DNA of 64,000 nucleotides, taken from Eledone cirrhosa. Its lineage: Eukaryota. Below are positions 1 to 13,260 of this stretch, one piece after another. Location of the stretch: contig OZ024740.1 in the NCBI GenBank assembly GCA_964016885.1, positions 299,894,001-299,958,000 on the forward strand, read 5' to 3'. The position numbers and the translations under genes were made by a program. The notes under the pieces are model-generated. The model saw nothing but the letters and a program-made list of their open reading frames with translations. It was not told the DNA's origin and did no database searches. Each line of letters opens with the position of its first letter. Positions within the stretch are counted from its first letter, which is position 1.

Positions 1-420
1 ACGGACACAAATTAGTATTGGAGAACAACCACTTTCTCTTTGATAACGCACTGTATTTATAAATAAAAGGAACGGACATGGGCACCAAAGTAGCCCCGAC
101 ATATGGAACATTCGTTCTGGGTCACCTAGATGAAAAATTAAATTCTCGATCAGCACACCCCTCACATAGCAACAGCAACATTCCGGTGAAGCTCATCAAT
201 ACCACCATCTCCAGCCCCAGAACGTCTCAGCGACTTCACTGAGAAAAGCAAACCAACAAAATAAAAGGGAAAAAACAGTTATCCTTTTGTCCTCACTCAC
301 AATCCAAGGAACCTCAACATTTTGGAAGCCGCTAGACCGTATCTCCTCATCCCCCAGCAGTCCCCGAAAATGATACTCATAAAAGACTCAACATTAATAT
401 ATAATAGACGCTAAGCACCT
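1..420 (+). mobile_element. Penelope-like element (PLE) reverse transcriptase fragment, degenerate
   Basis: Frame from nt 9 reads KLVLENNHFLFDNALYL*IKGTDMGTKVAPTYGTFVLGHLDEKL, matching the PLE RT GxxMG..AP motif. Downstream it reads PFVLTHNPRNLNIL. Has stops and deletions; ends at (TA)n. Confidence 0.85.
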
Positions 421-525
421 ATATATATGTATATATATATATATGCATATATGTATGGATATGTGTATGTATGTATATATGTATATATGTATATATATAT
501 ATATGTATATATATATCTATATATG

Positions 526-601
<76 letters not shown>

Positions 602-636
602 CACACACACATATATATATATATATAAATATATAT
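421..636. repeat. (TA)n/(TATG)n microsatellite
   Basis: Direct reading; explains the YIYI ORFs. Many similar tracts occur through the window. Confidence 0.98.
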
Positions 637-890
637 ACGATAAATTAACGGAGGCATAGGCCGTCGTTATTCCCTGTAAATAATGTGCTCAAAGGGGAAG
701 AGATCCTGAGCCCTTTAAAATATAATATGTTGAGAAGGTAACACACCAGAGAGAGATATATAGTGCGTTATCAATAATACAGGGAAAAAACCACCAGTGT
801 ATGGAATCTATAACCTATGAAAGGCAGACTATAGACACGATAATTAAAAATATAAATTAAAGCGTAAATAAATACCTTTATAACTATATA

Positions 891-969
891 ACACACGTAC
901 AAATCCAAAGATATGTTTCACCAGAAAATTTGTTGAAAGAAATGGTAGTCTCGGTTCATCAGCGTGTGT
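891..969 (-). ncRNA. Type I hammerhead ribozyme
   Basis: Minus strand: ACACACG-CUGAUGA-ACCGAGA..UCUGGU-GAAA-CAUAUC UUUG GAUUU-GUA-CGUGUGU. Stem I is 7 bp; stem III has one mismatch. Confidence 0.9.
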
Positions 970-1429
970 AAGGCTATACATTTCAGACAACACTAAGAGA
1001 ATTTTACAATTGACTGTCCAGCTACACGTGGGAGAGAGAAGTCACAGCGTGTTTAAGGGCAGTTAACCAGTGGCCTCTGAGAGACGAACTGCTAGAAAGG
1101 GCAGCCCAAAGCCACTCAGAGAAGAGTGCTCAACCAAACAGAGATAGGAAAGACTGTTGTTAGGAGCGAAATATCACGATAAATTAACGGAGGCATAGGC
1201 CGTCGTTATTCCCTGTAAATAATGTGCTCAAAGGGGAAGAGATCCTGAGCCCTTTAAAATATAATATGTTGAGAAGGTAACACACCAGAGAGAGATATAT
1301 AGTGCGTTATCAATAATACAGGGAAAAAACCACCAGTGTATGGAATCTATAACCTATGAAAGACAGACTATAGACACGATAATTAAAAATATAAATTAAA
1401 GCGTAAATAAATACCTTTATAACTATATA

Positions 1430-1508
1430 ACACACGTACACATCCAAAGATATGTTTCACCAGAAAATTTGTTGAAAGAAATGGTAGTCTCGGTTCATCA
1501 GCGTGTGT
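1430..1508 (-). ncRNA. Type I hammerhead ribozyme
   Basis: Same as 891-969 but stem III is fully paired (ACAUAUC/GAUGUGU, UUUG loop); GUA cleavage triplet. Confidence 0.93.
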
Positions 1509-1756
1509 AAGGCTATACATTTCAGACAACACTAAGAGAATTTTACAATTGACTGTCCAGCTACACGTGGGAGAGAGAAGTCACAGCGTGTTTAAGGGCA
1601 GTTAACCAGTGGCCTCTGAGAGACGAACTGCTAGAAAGGGCAGCCCAAAACCACTCAGAGAAGAGTGCTCAACCAAACAGAGTTGGGAAAGACTGTTGTT
1701 AGGAGCGAAATATCACGATAAATTAACGGAGGCATAGGCCGTCATTTATATATATA

Positions 1757-1942
1757 GGAACATTTTTGACCCCGACGGCAGAGCTCAAGCCGTTTCGACG
1801 GTTTCCGGCAATAGTCGTCGAAACGACTTGAGCTCTGCCGTCGGGGTCAAACATTTTCCTATTACCCACTTTACTACCCTAAGTATTGAGCACTCTGGTG
1901 CGTTATGGTCCATCTGGTTCCTTATCACTCTTCCTTCGTTTT
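1757..1942 (+). mobile_element. Short fold-back insertion of the 3' end of a PLE pLTR (family A)
   Basis: Inverted gaccccgacggcagagctcaagccgtttcgac arms plus a tail; homologous to the ends of the PLE at 35752-38325; flanked by TA. Confidence 0.8.
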
Positions 1943-2163
1943 ATATATATATATATATATAATATATAAGATCAAAAGATGGTTAAAGGAATTCCATGTA
2001 TTTTATTATGCGCATTTCAAAAACAAACATCATCATGCAATAATATTTGCGTTTTCATCAGATAAAACAGGAGGACATGATATGAAGGCTAAAAAACACT
2101 TGTGGATAGTGCAGTTTTAAATCAACATATGAAAAGTAATTTTAGATTGATGTGTGATATTGG

Positions 2164-2602
2164 GAAAAATATTTTATTTAGAGAGGGGGGTGGAAAGGAT
2201 GAAAAAAGGGGAGGAGATGAGAGTGAAGGTGGAGAGGGAGAGATGGGTGATAGAGAGAAAGAGATAGTTTTTATAACTGAGAAAAGATATACTGTTTTAC
2301 ATAGAGAGGTTGAAAACCGTTGGAAGATAATGTATAAATTAAAAGAATTTGAAAATTAACGAAGGGTAGAATATGTACGAGGAAAAATATTTTATTTAGA
2401 GAGGGGGGTGGAAAGGATGAAAAAAGGGGAGGAGATGAGAGTGAAGGTGTGGAGGGAGAGATGGGTGATAGAGAGAAAGAGATAGTTTTTATAACTGAGA
2501 AAAGATATATTGTTTTACATAGAGAGGTTGAAAACCGTTGGAAGATAATGTATAAATTAAAAGAATTTGAAAATTAACGAAGGGAAAAATATGTACGAGG
2601 AA
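2164..2602. repeat. Tandem duplication, ~218-bp purine-rich unit x2
   Basis: gaaaaatattttatt..agagagggggtggaaaggatg at ~2164 and ~2382. Confidence 0.9.
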
Positions 2603-2741
2603 GGAGAGGGAGTTAATATGTATTGAGATTAAAAAGTTTCATGATAGAGAGAAAAAATAATAATTGCGGATGAATATTCTAACGTAAAAAAAAAGGGTGT
2701 ATGTTTACAAGTATTATGGCAATTTCAAAATTAACGAAGAG

Positions 2742-3077
2742 AAAAAATTATTAAGGTTTGTGTATTGAAGGATTTGAGAAAAATAATGTGAAGTTAAGGT
2801 TTGTATATTGAAGGAATTGATAATATGTGCGAAGAAAAGAGTTAATATGTATTAAAAAATGATTAAGGTTTGTGTATTGAAGGATTTGAGAAAAATAATG
2901 TGAAGTTAAGGTTTGTATATTGAAGGAATTGATAATATGTGCGAAGAAAGAGTTAATATGTATTAAAAAATTATTAAGGTTTGTGTATTGAAGGATTTGA
3001 GAAAAATAATGTGAAGTTAAGGTTTGTATATTGAAGAAATTGATAATATGTGCGAAGAAAGAGTTAATATGTATTAA
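2742..3077. repeat. Minisatellite, ~112-bp unit x3 with an internal sub-repeat
   Basis: ttaaggtttgtgtattgaaggatttgagaaaaataatgtgaag recurs with a period of ~112. Confidence 0.9.
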
Positions 3078-3079
3078 GA

Positions 3080-3125
<46 letters not shown>

Positions 3126-3412
3126 CTGTGTGCATGTGTGTGTGTATATATGTATGTATATATAAGTATATATGTGTGAGTGCATGTGCATGTGTAAATA
3201 TATGGGTATGTATGAATTGGAATAATTATATGGGCTATATGTATGTTTATATGTGGGGAAGTAAATATGTGAGCTAGCATGATCCCACCCCCCACTTCCC
3301 CTTACAAACCAATATCCAAAACATACATTTCTATCAACAAATATTAAAAAACCAACCTTATTTGTCTCTTTACTGTCATCCCATTTTTTATAAAAAAATA
3401 TGTACCCTACAC

Positions 3413-4290
3413 CCTGTGGCGTAACCAGCTTTTAAAGCTGGGGGGGGGGGGTTCGATCTAAAGGGGGCCCACCAATTCCATACGCTCATTTCCATCGACT
3501 GCAAGGAAATATTTTCATACACACATATAGAATAGATAAAAATTTATAATAGAGTAGACAGCATCACAGATTACAGAATTAGCCTGTCCGTGAACACTTT
3601 ATTAACTGCGAAGACGGTGGTCTATCTTCAGAAAAAAAACAACATCCAATAAAACTAGTTTTGCAATCGATTATTCACCAACAAAAATTCGTATGTACAA
3701 CAAATCGTCCATCTAAAACTTTACTTTCACATTCGAGCACATCACTTGTTCTACAGTTCTAATTTGCGATGTTTTACTTTAGAAAGTTTTCAATCACGAT
3801 GCTGAAGTCAATTTTTTCAGCGTACATCATTGCCAGAGCATTCAATCGCTCTTCACTCATGGTACTACGCAAATAATTCTTTATCAGTTTGAGCCTGCTG
3901 AAGGTTCGCTCAGCCTGCGCTGAGCTAACCGGAATAGTTATGAACATTTTGTATTAGGCAAACACGTTCGGAAAGGCTCTATCTAAGTCATTAGAAATCA
4001 TAAACGGAACGATCTCAGAACTCGACATGGATTTATCTAAACACACTTCCTTGTAAAAATCTGTGAATGATAAATACTCGTCGAATATAGTGTCATTTTC
4101 GATGTGACCCTCGTAGAATTTCACATGATTATCGATTCTCTCTCTATTGCATGTGTCGTCGTCGTCGAAGTGCGCCGGTATCAAGCACGAAAAATCCTTC
4201 ACTAGATCGTGCAAGTCGGCAACACGTTCGTTAAAGCTACTAATGATTCTATCTAAGATAGTGTATTAAACTTCCCGTTTAAAATACTGA
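3413..4290 (-). mobile_element. hAT DNA transposon 3' part (transposase dimerisation domain) with probable terminus
   Basis: Minus strand reads AFPNVFA*YKMFITIPVSSAQAERTFSRLKLIKNYLRSTMSEERLNALAMM (hAT C-terminal motif). A ctgtggcgta TIR-like end lies near 3413. Confidence 0.88.
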
Positions 4291-4639
4291 CTCATCATGA
4301 TGACACCTCATTAACCACACCAAAATTCAACTTTTATATAGAAGATTGTTGAAGTATTTCTCTATAAATTTAAGGTAGTTGATTCAGCTATAAGAAAAGA
4401 ATTTGAAAAGCATCTGACCATTATATATTATTCACCAAAGGACATCTTTTGAAATGGAACCAGCAGGAGAGAACTTTCACAATTCCTTTCTAAAACACCC
4501 CATAATAACCTCAACATCTCCGACCTCTACCCTCAATCAATTATCTTGCTTTTACAAGTCACCGTTTTCTTTCAGCTCTTGTGTGTGTATACATATATAT
4601 GCTTTAATTCATTTAAATCTTCATCAACACTCCTTTACT

Positions 4640-4900
4640 CTCACCCTCATTAACAAACCCCAGCACGGACAGACCCAAATCTCGTATAGATTCACACATC
4701 ACAACCCAACCTGATCTCAACTTGACAATCGCCACCGACGAATGCGAGAAAGTTCTCCAAGAAAGTTAACCAGGAATCTTAAAAAAATCTCCCCACCCAA
4801 GTTAACGAAGAGCTTATTAGATCTACAAAACCAAATTGTAAGATTATAATATTATAAAATTAAATTGTTAAGAACTGCAAGTAAAGTAATTCTTTTCCTT
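4640..4900 (+). mobile_element. Possible I/Nimb-type LINE 3' end, highly degenerate
   Basis: Weak resemblance to the C-terminal HTRLTH..LT..ECxK region. Confidence 0.3.
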
Positions 4901-5010
4901 TTCTTACATACATTTTCTTTCTAACTGTACGAAGGATTACATGCATTTTCCAATATATGTATATATGTATATACATACACAGGCACACACACACACACAG
5001 CCCCCCCCCC

Positions 5011-5050
<40 letters not shown>

Positions 5051-5502
5051 AGGTACATGGGTTAGTGGTTAGGGCATTGCGATTGCAATTTGGGTTTGTG
5101 TGTTCGATTATCGGGTGATGCATTGACACTTCATTTCAGCAAGGCAAGTTATTACACGTTGTAGAAAAGAGTTGCGACGTCACTGGTGCTAAGCTGTATA
5201 GGCCATCGCATTTCCCTTGAACAACCTCGGTGACGTGAAGAGGGGAGACGGTAAGCATGGTGACTGCTGGTCTTCCATAAACACACCTTGCTTCGGTGTG
5301 CCAAACCAAATTCATTAGTGACCGATGGGGCTCATTAAAAAAATACATATAAAGATACATAGGTGTGTGTGTGTGTATGTGTGCAATATATATGTACCCA
5401 GGTTTTGTTACGCCTGACAACGAATAAATATGATTAACATAAATTCTCCTTCATTACACACAAACATACCCCATCCGGATTGATAAATATATAGACAGAC
5501 AG

Positions 5503-5538
<36 letters not shown>

Positions 5539-5623
5539 AGATATAAACACGATGCCGCTTACTTAACATTCGATCATCTTTACTTGTATGTATATAGACA
5601 CGTATGTATGTGTGAGGGAGAGG

Positions 5624-5704
<81 letters not shown>

Positions 5705-5814
5705 AGAGAGAGGGAGAGAGGGAGAGAGAGGGAGGGAGAGAGATAGAGAGCAAGAGAGAGAGATTAATAGGGATGTCAGAATCTACCATGGAACGTACTT
5801 ACACACTTGCCATT

Positions 5815-6003
5815 GTGAATTGGCAGTATCGGTAGAGGGTCGGACACCATGCTTTACAGTATAGTTACATCCCTTTACGGTCTGAATTCAAATCCCGTCG
5901 AGGTTAACTTTGCCTTTCATCCTTACGGGGTCGATAACATAAAGTACCAGTAATGTACTGGGTAATTGCTGGCCTTGTGCCAAAAGTAGAAACAATTATT
6001 TAT
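5815..6003 (+). mobile_element. tRNA-derived SINE with Nin/Deu-like core
   Basis: A-box-like tggcagtatcgg, B-box-like attcaaatcc, core gcctttcatccttacggggtcgataa..agtaccag, and a (tta)n tail. Confidence 0.85.
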
Positions 6004-7422
6004 TCTATCTTAGGAAAGTAACAATACTGCCTATCTGTATCCTTATCTATCTGTATTTCAGCGATGATCTTGATACATATCTATCTGACGATTCATAAAT
6101 TGGTGTAAGACATTATTCTTCGCGGCGAGCACTAAGTGTCCTATAATAGAGTCTTTTAAAACTCCCACATTTTGAATTTAGACAGCTTTGTACGTTTTAC
6201 CTCCTTACAAACATATGCATAAAGAAATATTTGTTTCTTTTTATTGAATGGATTCCGTCAATAATATATGTCAAATTGCTGGCATTACTAAACCTTTTTC
6301 ACTGCTCTGCTGAAAATCTTTATTTGTTCTCGATTTACATTGCTACATCCTCATTCCCCGCTCCAATTCTAATTTACTGTACGTTCCTCACTTCTTTTTG
6401 GAATACCTGTATTCAGCATTGTTACTTCTTATTTTACTTCTTTCACTTCTTACAAGCTATGTTGGATTTAAAAAAAATATATTTTGTTAGAACTCTTTTG
6501 TTAGTTGTTCAGGCCAATGTCACTTTCATAGTTTGTGTTTATTTCATTTCAATCTAATTTCTATTTCCTTCAGTCAACGCCTTAGTAACAGTTAATCTTT
6601 TGTGGCATTGTTACGGGAGTAGGTTGATTAAATGGATCAATTTGAAATGATTTGTAATATAAAATTGTGACAAAACTGTCGTGAAATGAACATGGTATGT
6701 TTCGAAAAGAATTCATTTCCTTCATTGAAATTTCGAGAACCAAATTAACAAACACATTCCCAAATAAATGCATAAACACACACACGCACGCACCTATTTA
6801 TAAATAGACGCATACTGATGTATCTCCTGAACAAATGTGAAGACAAAGATAATGTAATTTTTTTCTCCAATTTCTGACAGAAATTCCACGCCAGCAAATT
6901 GACTGCCATTATTGTCTGAAATTGAAATCGGAATCAAGAATCCGATAAAAGGAAACAAAAATAGAAAGCAAACAAACAAACAAACAAATTCAATTAAAAA
7001 TTAAAGAAATATTTGACATCTTTATTTGTATTTAAAGCTATGTTGAATGTCTTTTCTCTAACGAAAACGTTAGTGGTTATGATATATATGCAAGTCGAAT
7101 GGTAGTCTCGCTCAAGTATAAGACTGTAATGTCACGTAAGACCGAATGTATTGTATCCATTCTATGAACAATCATATTATTTGAATCGTATTACTATTTC
7201 ATTGTAATGTTAAAATCTTGTATAGTCATTCTCATGTGCAAGGAACAGATATATATATATATATATATATTGTTATACTTTGGGAGGGTCATGTTGCCAA
7301 TAAGAAACACACGCACCAGTTGCTTTCACTTCAATTTATTATTATTATAAATTTATAATAAATTTATAAATTTATAAATTCCTGGTTGGTTGGTTCCACA
7401 ACCAGATAGTTGTTTATATATT

Positions 7423-7465
7423 GTCATAGTTCTTTCGTCACACACTCTGTGACCTCTTCAGTGAC
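7423..7465 (-). ncRNA. Minimal type I hammerhead (family B)
   Basis: Reverse complement of the 7567-7609 motif. Confidence 0.7.
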
Positions 7466-7566
7466 TGGGGATTCCTTTCTTTGTTTCTGTGCCTCTCCTT
7501 TGTTCTGTCCAAAATGGCGTAGGACAGAACAAAGGAGAGGCACAGAAACAAAGAAAGGAATCGTCA

Positions 7567-7609
7567 GTCACTGAAGAGGTCACAGAGTGTGTGACGAAAG
7601 AACTATGAC
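7567..7609 (+). ncRNA. Minimal type I hammerhead (family B)
   Basis: GUCA-CUGAAGA-G-GUCAC..GUGAC-GAAA-GAA-CUA-UGAC. Stem III is only 2 bp. Confidence 0.7.
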
Positions 7610-7825
7610 AATATATAAACAACTATCTGGTTGTGGAACCAACCAACCAACCAGAAATTTATAAATTTATAAATTTATTATAAATATATTATAATAATAA
7701 ATTGAAGTGAAAGCAACTGGTGCGTGTGTTTCTTAGTGGCAACATGACCCTCCCAAAGTATAACAATATCGGTTTCAACAGACGATTTCAGATAAAGAAT
7801 CTTGCTAAACAAATTCAGAAACGAA

Positions 7826-7862
<37 letters not shown>

Positions 7863-7878
7863 GGAAACATATATATAT

Positions 7879-8073
7879 AGGAAAAAGTATGACCCCGACG
7901 GCAGAGCTCAAGCCGTTTCGACGGCTATTTATGGAGTCAAGAAATAGCCTTCGAAATGGCTTGAGCTCTGCCGTCGGAGTCATACTTTTTCCTATTTCGC
8001 ACTCTGCTACCCTAAGTATTGAGTACTCTGGTGCGTTATGATCCATCTGGTCCTTACCACAATTGCTTTGTTA
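7879..8073 (+). mobile_element. Short fold-back of family A pLTR end
   Basis: Same inverted arms and tail as 1757-1942; in (TA)n. Confidence 0.8.
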
Positions 8074-8107
8074 TATATATATATATATATATATATTCTG
8101 TACCATT

Positions 8108-8292
8108 TAATTGTTTCTACTTTTAGCACAAGGCCAGCAATTATTACAGTACATTACTGGTCCTTTATTTTATCGACCCCGTAAGGATGAAAGGCAAAGT
8201 TAACCTCGGCGGGATTTGAACTCAGACTGTAAAGGGACGTAACTATGCTGGAAAGCATGTCGTCTGACCCTCTACCGATACTGCCAATTCCT
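8108..8292 (-). mobile_element. tRNA-derived SINE
   Basis: Reverse complement of the 5815-6003 family; possible TSD ctgtaccatttaat at ~8098 and ~8297. Confidence 0.85.
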
Positions 8293-8829
8293 CGCCCTGT
8301 ACCATTTAATAATTGGCAAATTGAATTTGAAGGAATAATGTCTAAAAGGGTCAAACTACATCTTACGTCACAATCGTTTTACGTTGAAATGTAAAACAAG
8401 TACTCGTGAACTTTGGTAAAGGGAATGCCCCTATATTTGAAATAAATACAAATGAACATATTTATAGGTGAAAATTTTTCTCATATTTACTTTTGTAACT
8501 TTTATAATCATTAGTATACTTATAGAATACATCTTAACTAGTCAGGTGCTATCTAGCATATCTTAATGGTAGCATTTGCAGCGTTCGAAATATGTAAGCA
8601 GTACTCCTTTGCTGGGGGTTTATGTACTTCACAGAATGTCAAATACTAATCGGTCTGAATTGGGTGATGTTGCTTCAGTTCTCCTCTTTCGGGATGCATA
8701 TAGCTTAGGCACTCATCCATTGTCGCACATTCTAAAGTTCTTTCATGCAGACCTCACCATTTCTTCATCATTGCATTTCATGTTGATCCAAAAGCATATA
8801 TGGTCTTTACTGATATACGATAACAACTC

Positions 8830-9830
8830 TAATAATATGGAGATCATGGAGACCAAAATCAACAACCACACAAGGTGGTGGCTTGGTTTCCCACTTAATC
8901 TCAGTGACGATGCAATCTACGTTCAGCAGGCCAAGCTTATGGTATCTCTCAAATTCATCGGTGAGGAGAACACATTCGAAAAAGCAAGGCTTTGACCAGA
9001 CTGGAGAACTCGGAAGACAATATCATGGTCAATCTAGCCCAAGCTGAAGACAGACAGAAAATGGAAATTCCAGGAAGCTGTGTCTATAGCCAAGTTGTGG
9101 GCGTAACAAATAAATGGAACGGTGGTCAGAAGCCCACGAAGAGTTGTAGAAAGATCTGATTATGCAAGTGGTTAGCCAGAAGGGGGTTCCAGAGGATTCC
9201 ATAAGGCAGTTCAGCAGAGCCAACAGGGTCAGTGGACGACGTGGGAAGATACACTCCAAAATGTCTCATTTAGAATGATATGTAGCATATGGCGCCGCTT
9301 AGAATCAGTATTCTCTCCAGATCTGTCTGTTATCTCCTGCTCTCAAAGACGAATTTAGTGCTGTTCGGCAAATCATATAATCTCGAGTTCCCACTCTGCC
9401 ATAGTGGACAGACAGTGATACAAGTTCTGATCTCTTGCAGGGTAGCACTATCCAAAGGAAGATACATGTGGAGACAATCAGCTGCTTAATGAGATCGTAT
9501 ATCTCATAACTACGGCAAACTTAAAACCCGTAGTATACGACAAGAGGTAGCATATCAGGGCGTGGAACAACTATGCCATACAGGGCTTGGGAGTCGAGTC
9601 TTCTGAGAGTTTCAGTCGACTGTGAGTGTTCAGTAGACCTCCCAGTATCAACAAAACAACCCGAAATCATCAGAAGAATCCCTTGAGGTCGGATATCGGT
9701 CTCAATTCCAGTTCATCAAAACAGCTGATTTTGGTCGAACTTATCATTCCAGAGAAAAAGAAGCACACAAGACAGAAAAATACGCCAGTTTGGCCAACAG
9801 TCTGATGGAACCTGACATCCAGGTCAAATT
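8830..9830 (+). mobile_element. Hero/NeSL-like RLE non-LTR retrotransposon relic (3' part)
   Basis: KINNHTRWWLGFP, KWKFQEAV, QQGQWTTWE, MAPLRISILSRSV..PLCH..VLISCRVALSKGRYMWR (Zn knuckle remnant) and RSDI..KQLILVELIIP (PD-(D/E)xK remnant). Confidence 0.8.
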
Positions 9831-10984
9831 TCTCTCATATGTAGTTACTAAAATTTAGCTTCAGTTAAATGGTCTGCCTTTCACATTTCCTTAGGATATA
9901 ATTTTTGATTCCTTGTTTATGGAAACATTGCTTGTGGTGTGACATCAATTTGTAGACGATGAAAGTGTCATGCATTTTGAAATTATTTGTACTTAAGCAT
10001 GTGTTTGGAAATCAACATCAAACAGATTAATGAACAAATATACATGAGTGTATGAGGAATTTCAAGGTATGACTGGTTCGATCGAATATGTAACACAGGT
10101 ATCTCAGCGCATGTGTAATCACATCATCTGGGCAAATATGCTATGTAGGGGATGAGGGATAAATTACGTTCAAACGCGGCATGAGATTTCAAAGGAGAAT
10201 CTCATGCAAATCACAGTCGAATTATTAATTGATGTGATGTAAAGCCCATTAAATGGTCTCTGACATAGAAGAGTATCTTTCCAGTCAGTTTGAATTTGCA
10301 GTAAAGTTATCGGTGAACACTTAGAAAGGAAAGAGTCTGAGGTGGGCAAATAAATACTATACATGCGAAAAGACTCCAGCCACGAGCGAGGATATCATTT
10401 CGCACCGCTGATAGAATAATCGCTTATGACGTTATCAATATGTTTGGACACCAGTACTATTCCTCAGGGAAAATATTACCTCTGGCCTCTGTCATTGTTA
10501 GTGTCATTATAGAAACACGTGTACAGATGAAACCAACGTGTCGTGTCCATTTTACTCACAGTGAGTGGCTGCAACACAATCCGATCCGTGACATAAATCA
10601 GGAACCTAGTATGAAACCGAGTGGCATGTCACACGTCCCAAAAAGGCAGGAAGTACCGATATATGGGACGCAAATCAGAAAATATTAAAAATGTTAAAGA
10701 TAGAAAGTATAAACTTCACACCAGCAATGTCTTCTTTAAGAATATGAAACAAAATTATTGAAAGTGTGAGTTAACAATGGTACGAACACAATATTTTATT
10801 CTATGTTCGTCTAAATACAGCGAGGCAGAAATAGAATGTATATGTGTATAATGCATGGCATGTGTCTCCCAACTCATATAACATTTATGTCTCAAATGTC
10901 ATCTTTAACAATATCCATATTGTCCATGGTATCAACGCGGTCCCAGAACCACCCTAAATGACACGATTTCAAATAGGAGCAAAT

Positions 10985-11071
10985 AGAAGAAGAAGAAGAA
11001 GAAGAAGAAGAAGAAGAAGAAGAAGAAGAAGAAGAAGAAGAAGAAGAAGAAGAAGAAGAAGAAGAAGAAGA

Positions 11072-11102
<31 letters not shown>

Positions 11103-11120
11103 CTTCTTCTTCTTCTTCTT
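10985..11120. repeat. (GAA)n directly abutting (CTT)n
   Basis: Direct reading; the switch is at 11072/11073. Confidence 0.97.
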
Positions 11121-11555
11121 GAGAGGATCGTTGGGGAAGAATGCTCAAATCCTCATTCCAGCGGGTCCTGTTAGACCTAACCCTCTCCAACTAATCCGGC
11201 TGGATCCACAAGTGGGAGCAGATGAGCTCATGCATGTTATCCTACCATCTGGCTCGGGGTCAGGGTCTACCTATAGGTCTCTTGATGGTTGGTTTTGCTC
11301 CGTCATATCTGTCTTGTGATTCTTTCCTCTGACATTCTAACCACATGCCCATATTACCGGAGCTGTGATCTCTCAAATCAGAGAAGTAGCGGCTCTTCAT
11401 GAATCGAATCTCTGATGTCCGCACTACGCACTCTATCAAGCAACGTTACTCCAAAGACCCTTCGGAGGTACTGCATCTCAGTCGCTTTAATCGTGATTGA
11501 ATTCTTTGGGTTATTGTCCAAGATTCAAGACAATATATAAGTAAGAGTTGGCACG
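11121..11555 (-). mobile_element. RTE-clade LINE 3' fragment with (GAA)n tail
   Basis: EPLLL..ERSQLR*YGHVVRMSEERI; same family as 21925-22610 and 55340-55640. Confidence 0.75.
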
Positions 11556-11699
11556 AATCCTCAAAACAATTATCAGAAACAAATAAATCTTTGTTTTTAT
11601 GTTGAAGCTACAAACTCATTGTAAAAATAAAATTACAGCAGCATAATTCTCAACGTCAGTAGAAATGGCACTGGCGTTGGCGTTCGTGTGCTCGCTCTC

Positions 11700-13260
11700 T
11701 ATATTTTGTGGCACCAGGATTTGTACTAGCAAATTTTGTCACATCTCATATCCAGTTAGAAAATTCAGTTGTACATACACCTCACAGAACGGCCATTGCT
11801 TCTTCAGTCAGCTTTTGTGTCAGCATATGAAAGTCCCTTCTGTTTATGGAGAGGCAGTGGATATATATATACAGGCATAAGGATCTGTCTCGTCTTACAG
11901 CTTTCTCATACGATTTGATATTTTCCTGGATTCGACTCCTGACTCACGCCTCTGTCTGCAGGTCTGCATTTTTTTTAGGCTGGACCTCCATCGTATTAAC
12001 TCTCCATACTCTTCGACCATTGCAATAACTATGGCATGATGACTATGTGGCTGGTCCATTTTCCATATTTATTTTGTTGTTCTATTTCCGAGATACAACG
12101 GATACATTACATATTACAGTGAGGTGCAGGGCTTTTTTTCATGGTAGCAGACTGCCATGAATCTCCTGTAATTCTAACCTCTTGATATATAGTATATACT
12201 ATTATATAGGGCACATCTATACCTGTAATGAATTGGGGTATTCCACTTTCCTGTTTCCTCTGATAATACATCAGTATAGAAGTTGAGGGCTGAAAAACGT
12301 GCTTGGGGGCTCCTTTTCTGAAGCTCTTCTGATACCCAGCTCTCAATAGAGTTTCTTACTATTTTAGCAACGTTTTGTTTCTATGTGTGTTTCGATGGCT
12401 TTTCTGATGGTGTCACTAATTTCTTTTTCTGCCAACATCACAATTGAAGATCGAACTATATCATTTTTATATTTCTTAATTATTTCACTTTTTATTTCGA
12501 GGGAATTTCCTCCCCAAACAGCGAATGCTTTGACGGAAAAGAGGTTATTTTAGGTCACTGGGCTAGTACTGTTTTCGTCGATGACTGTGGTGATGATGGT
12601 GGTGGTGGTAGTGGCAGTAGTGGTCTTGTTTTTGTTGCCCTGTGTGGTGTCACTATTGGCGATCTTGCAGTTTATAATGTTATTGTTATAGTTATTTTGC
12701 TGGTTATCTTCTATAGCCATTGTTGTTGTCCTTGTTGTTATTGTTCTTACTTTTCGCTTTTTCGCTGTTGTTGTAGTTGCAACTGTCCTGGATGCGTTTT
12801 GCAGCCATGGTATCTCTGTTGTTACGTCGGAACGAGTATCTTCCACCTCAAACAATCCTACTCGAAGGAATGACAGCGAGAAAGACGCACTGGAGCAGCC
12901 ACTTCACCTCATGAGCAAGCTAACCCTGCTCCGATTGCCGTTAGCAGTGATGTTGTATAGGGACCAACAACGCCGGACTTCTCCACTTCTAAAGGCTCTA
13001 GATAGATGGTATTGCTGTTATCTTTTGTGATATTGATGGTGTTGTTATTGTTGTTATTGTTGTTAGCTTTGTCTTGGCTACTTTCTATAACTTTAGAGAA
13101 GCGAATGGCAACTTCCAGCCTACTAGCCTTGCTGCTGATGCTCTGTGTAATAGGAGACATGGCAGACACGTTGACATCTGTGACCGCTACTTTCTCCTCG
13201 AAAGCTGAAGTGGCCATTTTACTTTTTCGAAAAGTTGGCAGTTTCACACTTTTCCGTTAT
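11700..13260 (-). mobile_element. Possible degenerate ORF1 of a Tx1/L1-like LINE
   Basis: Thr/Asn-rich low-complexity ORFs like ORF1 at 16925. GIDVPYII weakly resembles AINIPWLM. Confidence 0.35.

Larger units (their letters stand above)
637..1744 (-). mobile_element. Tandem of a 539-bp hammerhead-containing unit (2 copies + ~30 bp); retrozyme/PLE pLTR-like
   Basis: acgataaattaacggaggcatagg recurs at 637, 1176 and 1715. Copies differ by a few substitutions; flanked by (TA)n; no ORF. Confidence 0.9.
7271..7765. mobile_element. Fold-back element (~240-bp inverted arms) carrying a hammerhead in each arm (family B)
   Basis: Arms 7271-7510 and 7521-7765 are near-perfect reverse complements. Further fragments at 59746-59940 and 62841-62915. 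Confidence 0.9.

Noticed and set aside
411-659. [12 protein letters not shown]/poly-E ORFs here and throughout the window
   Set aside because: They are translations of microsatellites.
6790-6920. Possible minus-strand exon (tttcag ... gtgcgt, MAVNLLAWNFCQKL)
   Set aside because: No recognisable protein and no partner exons; plausible by chance.
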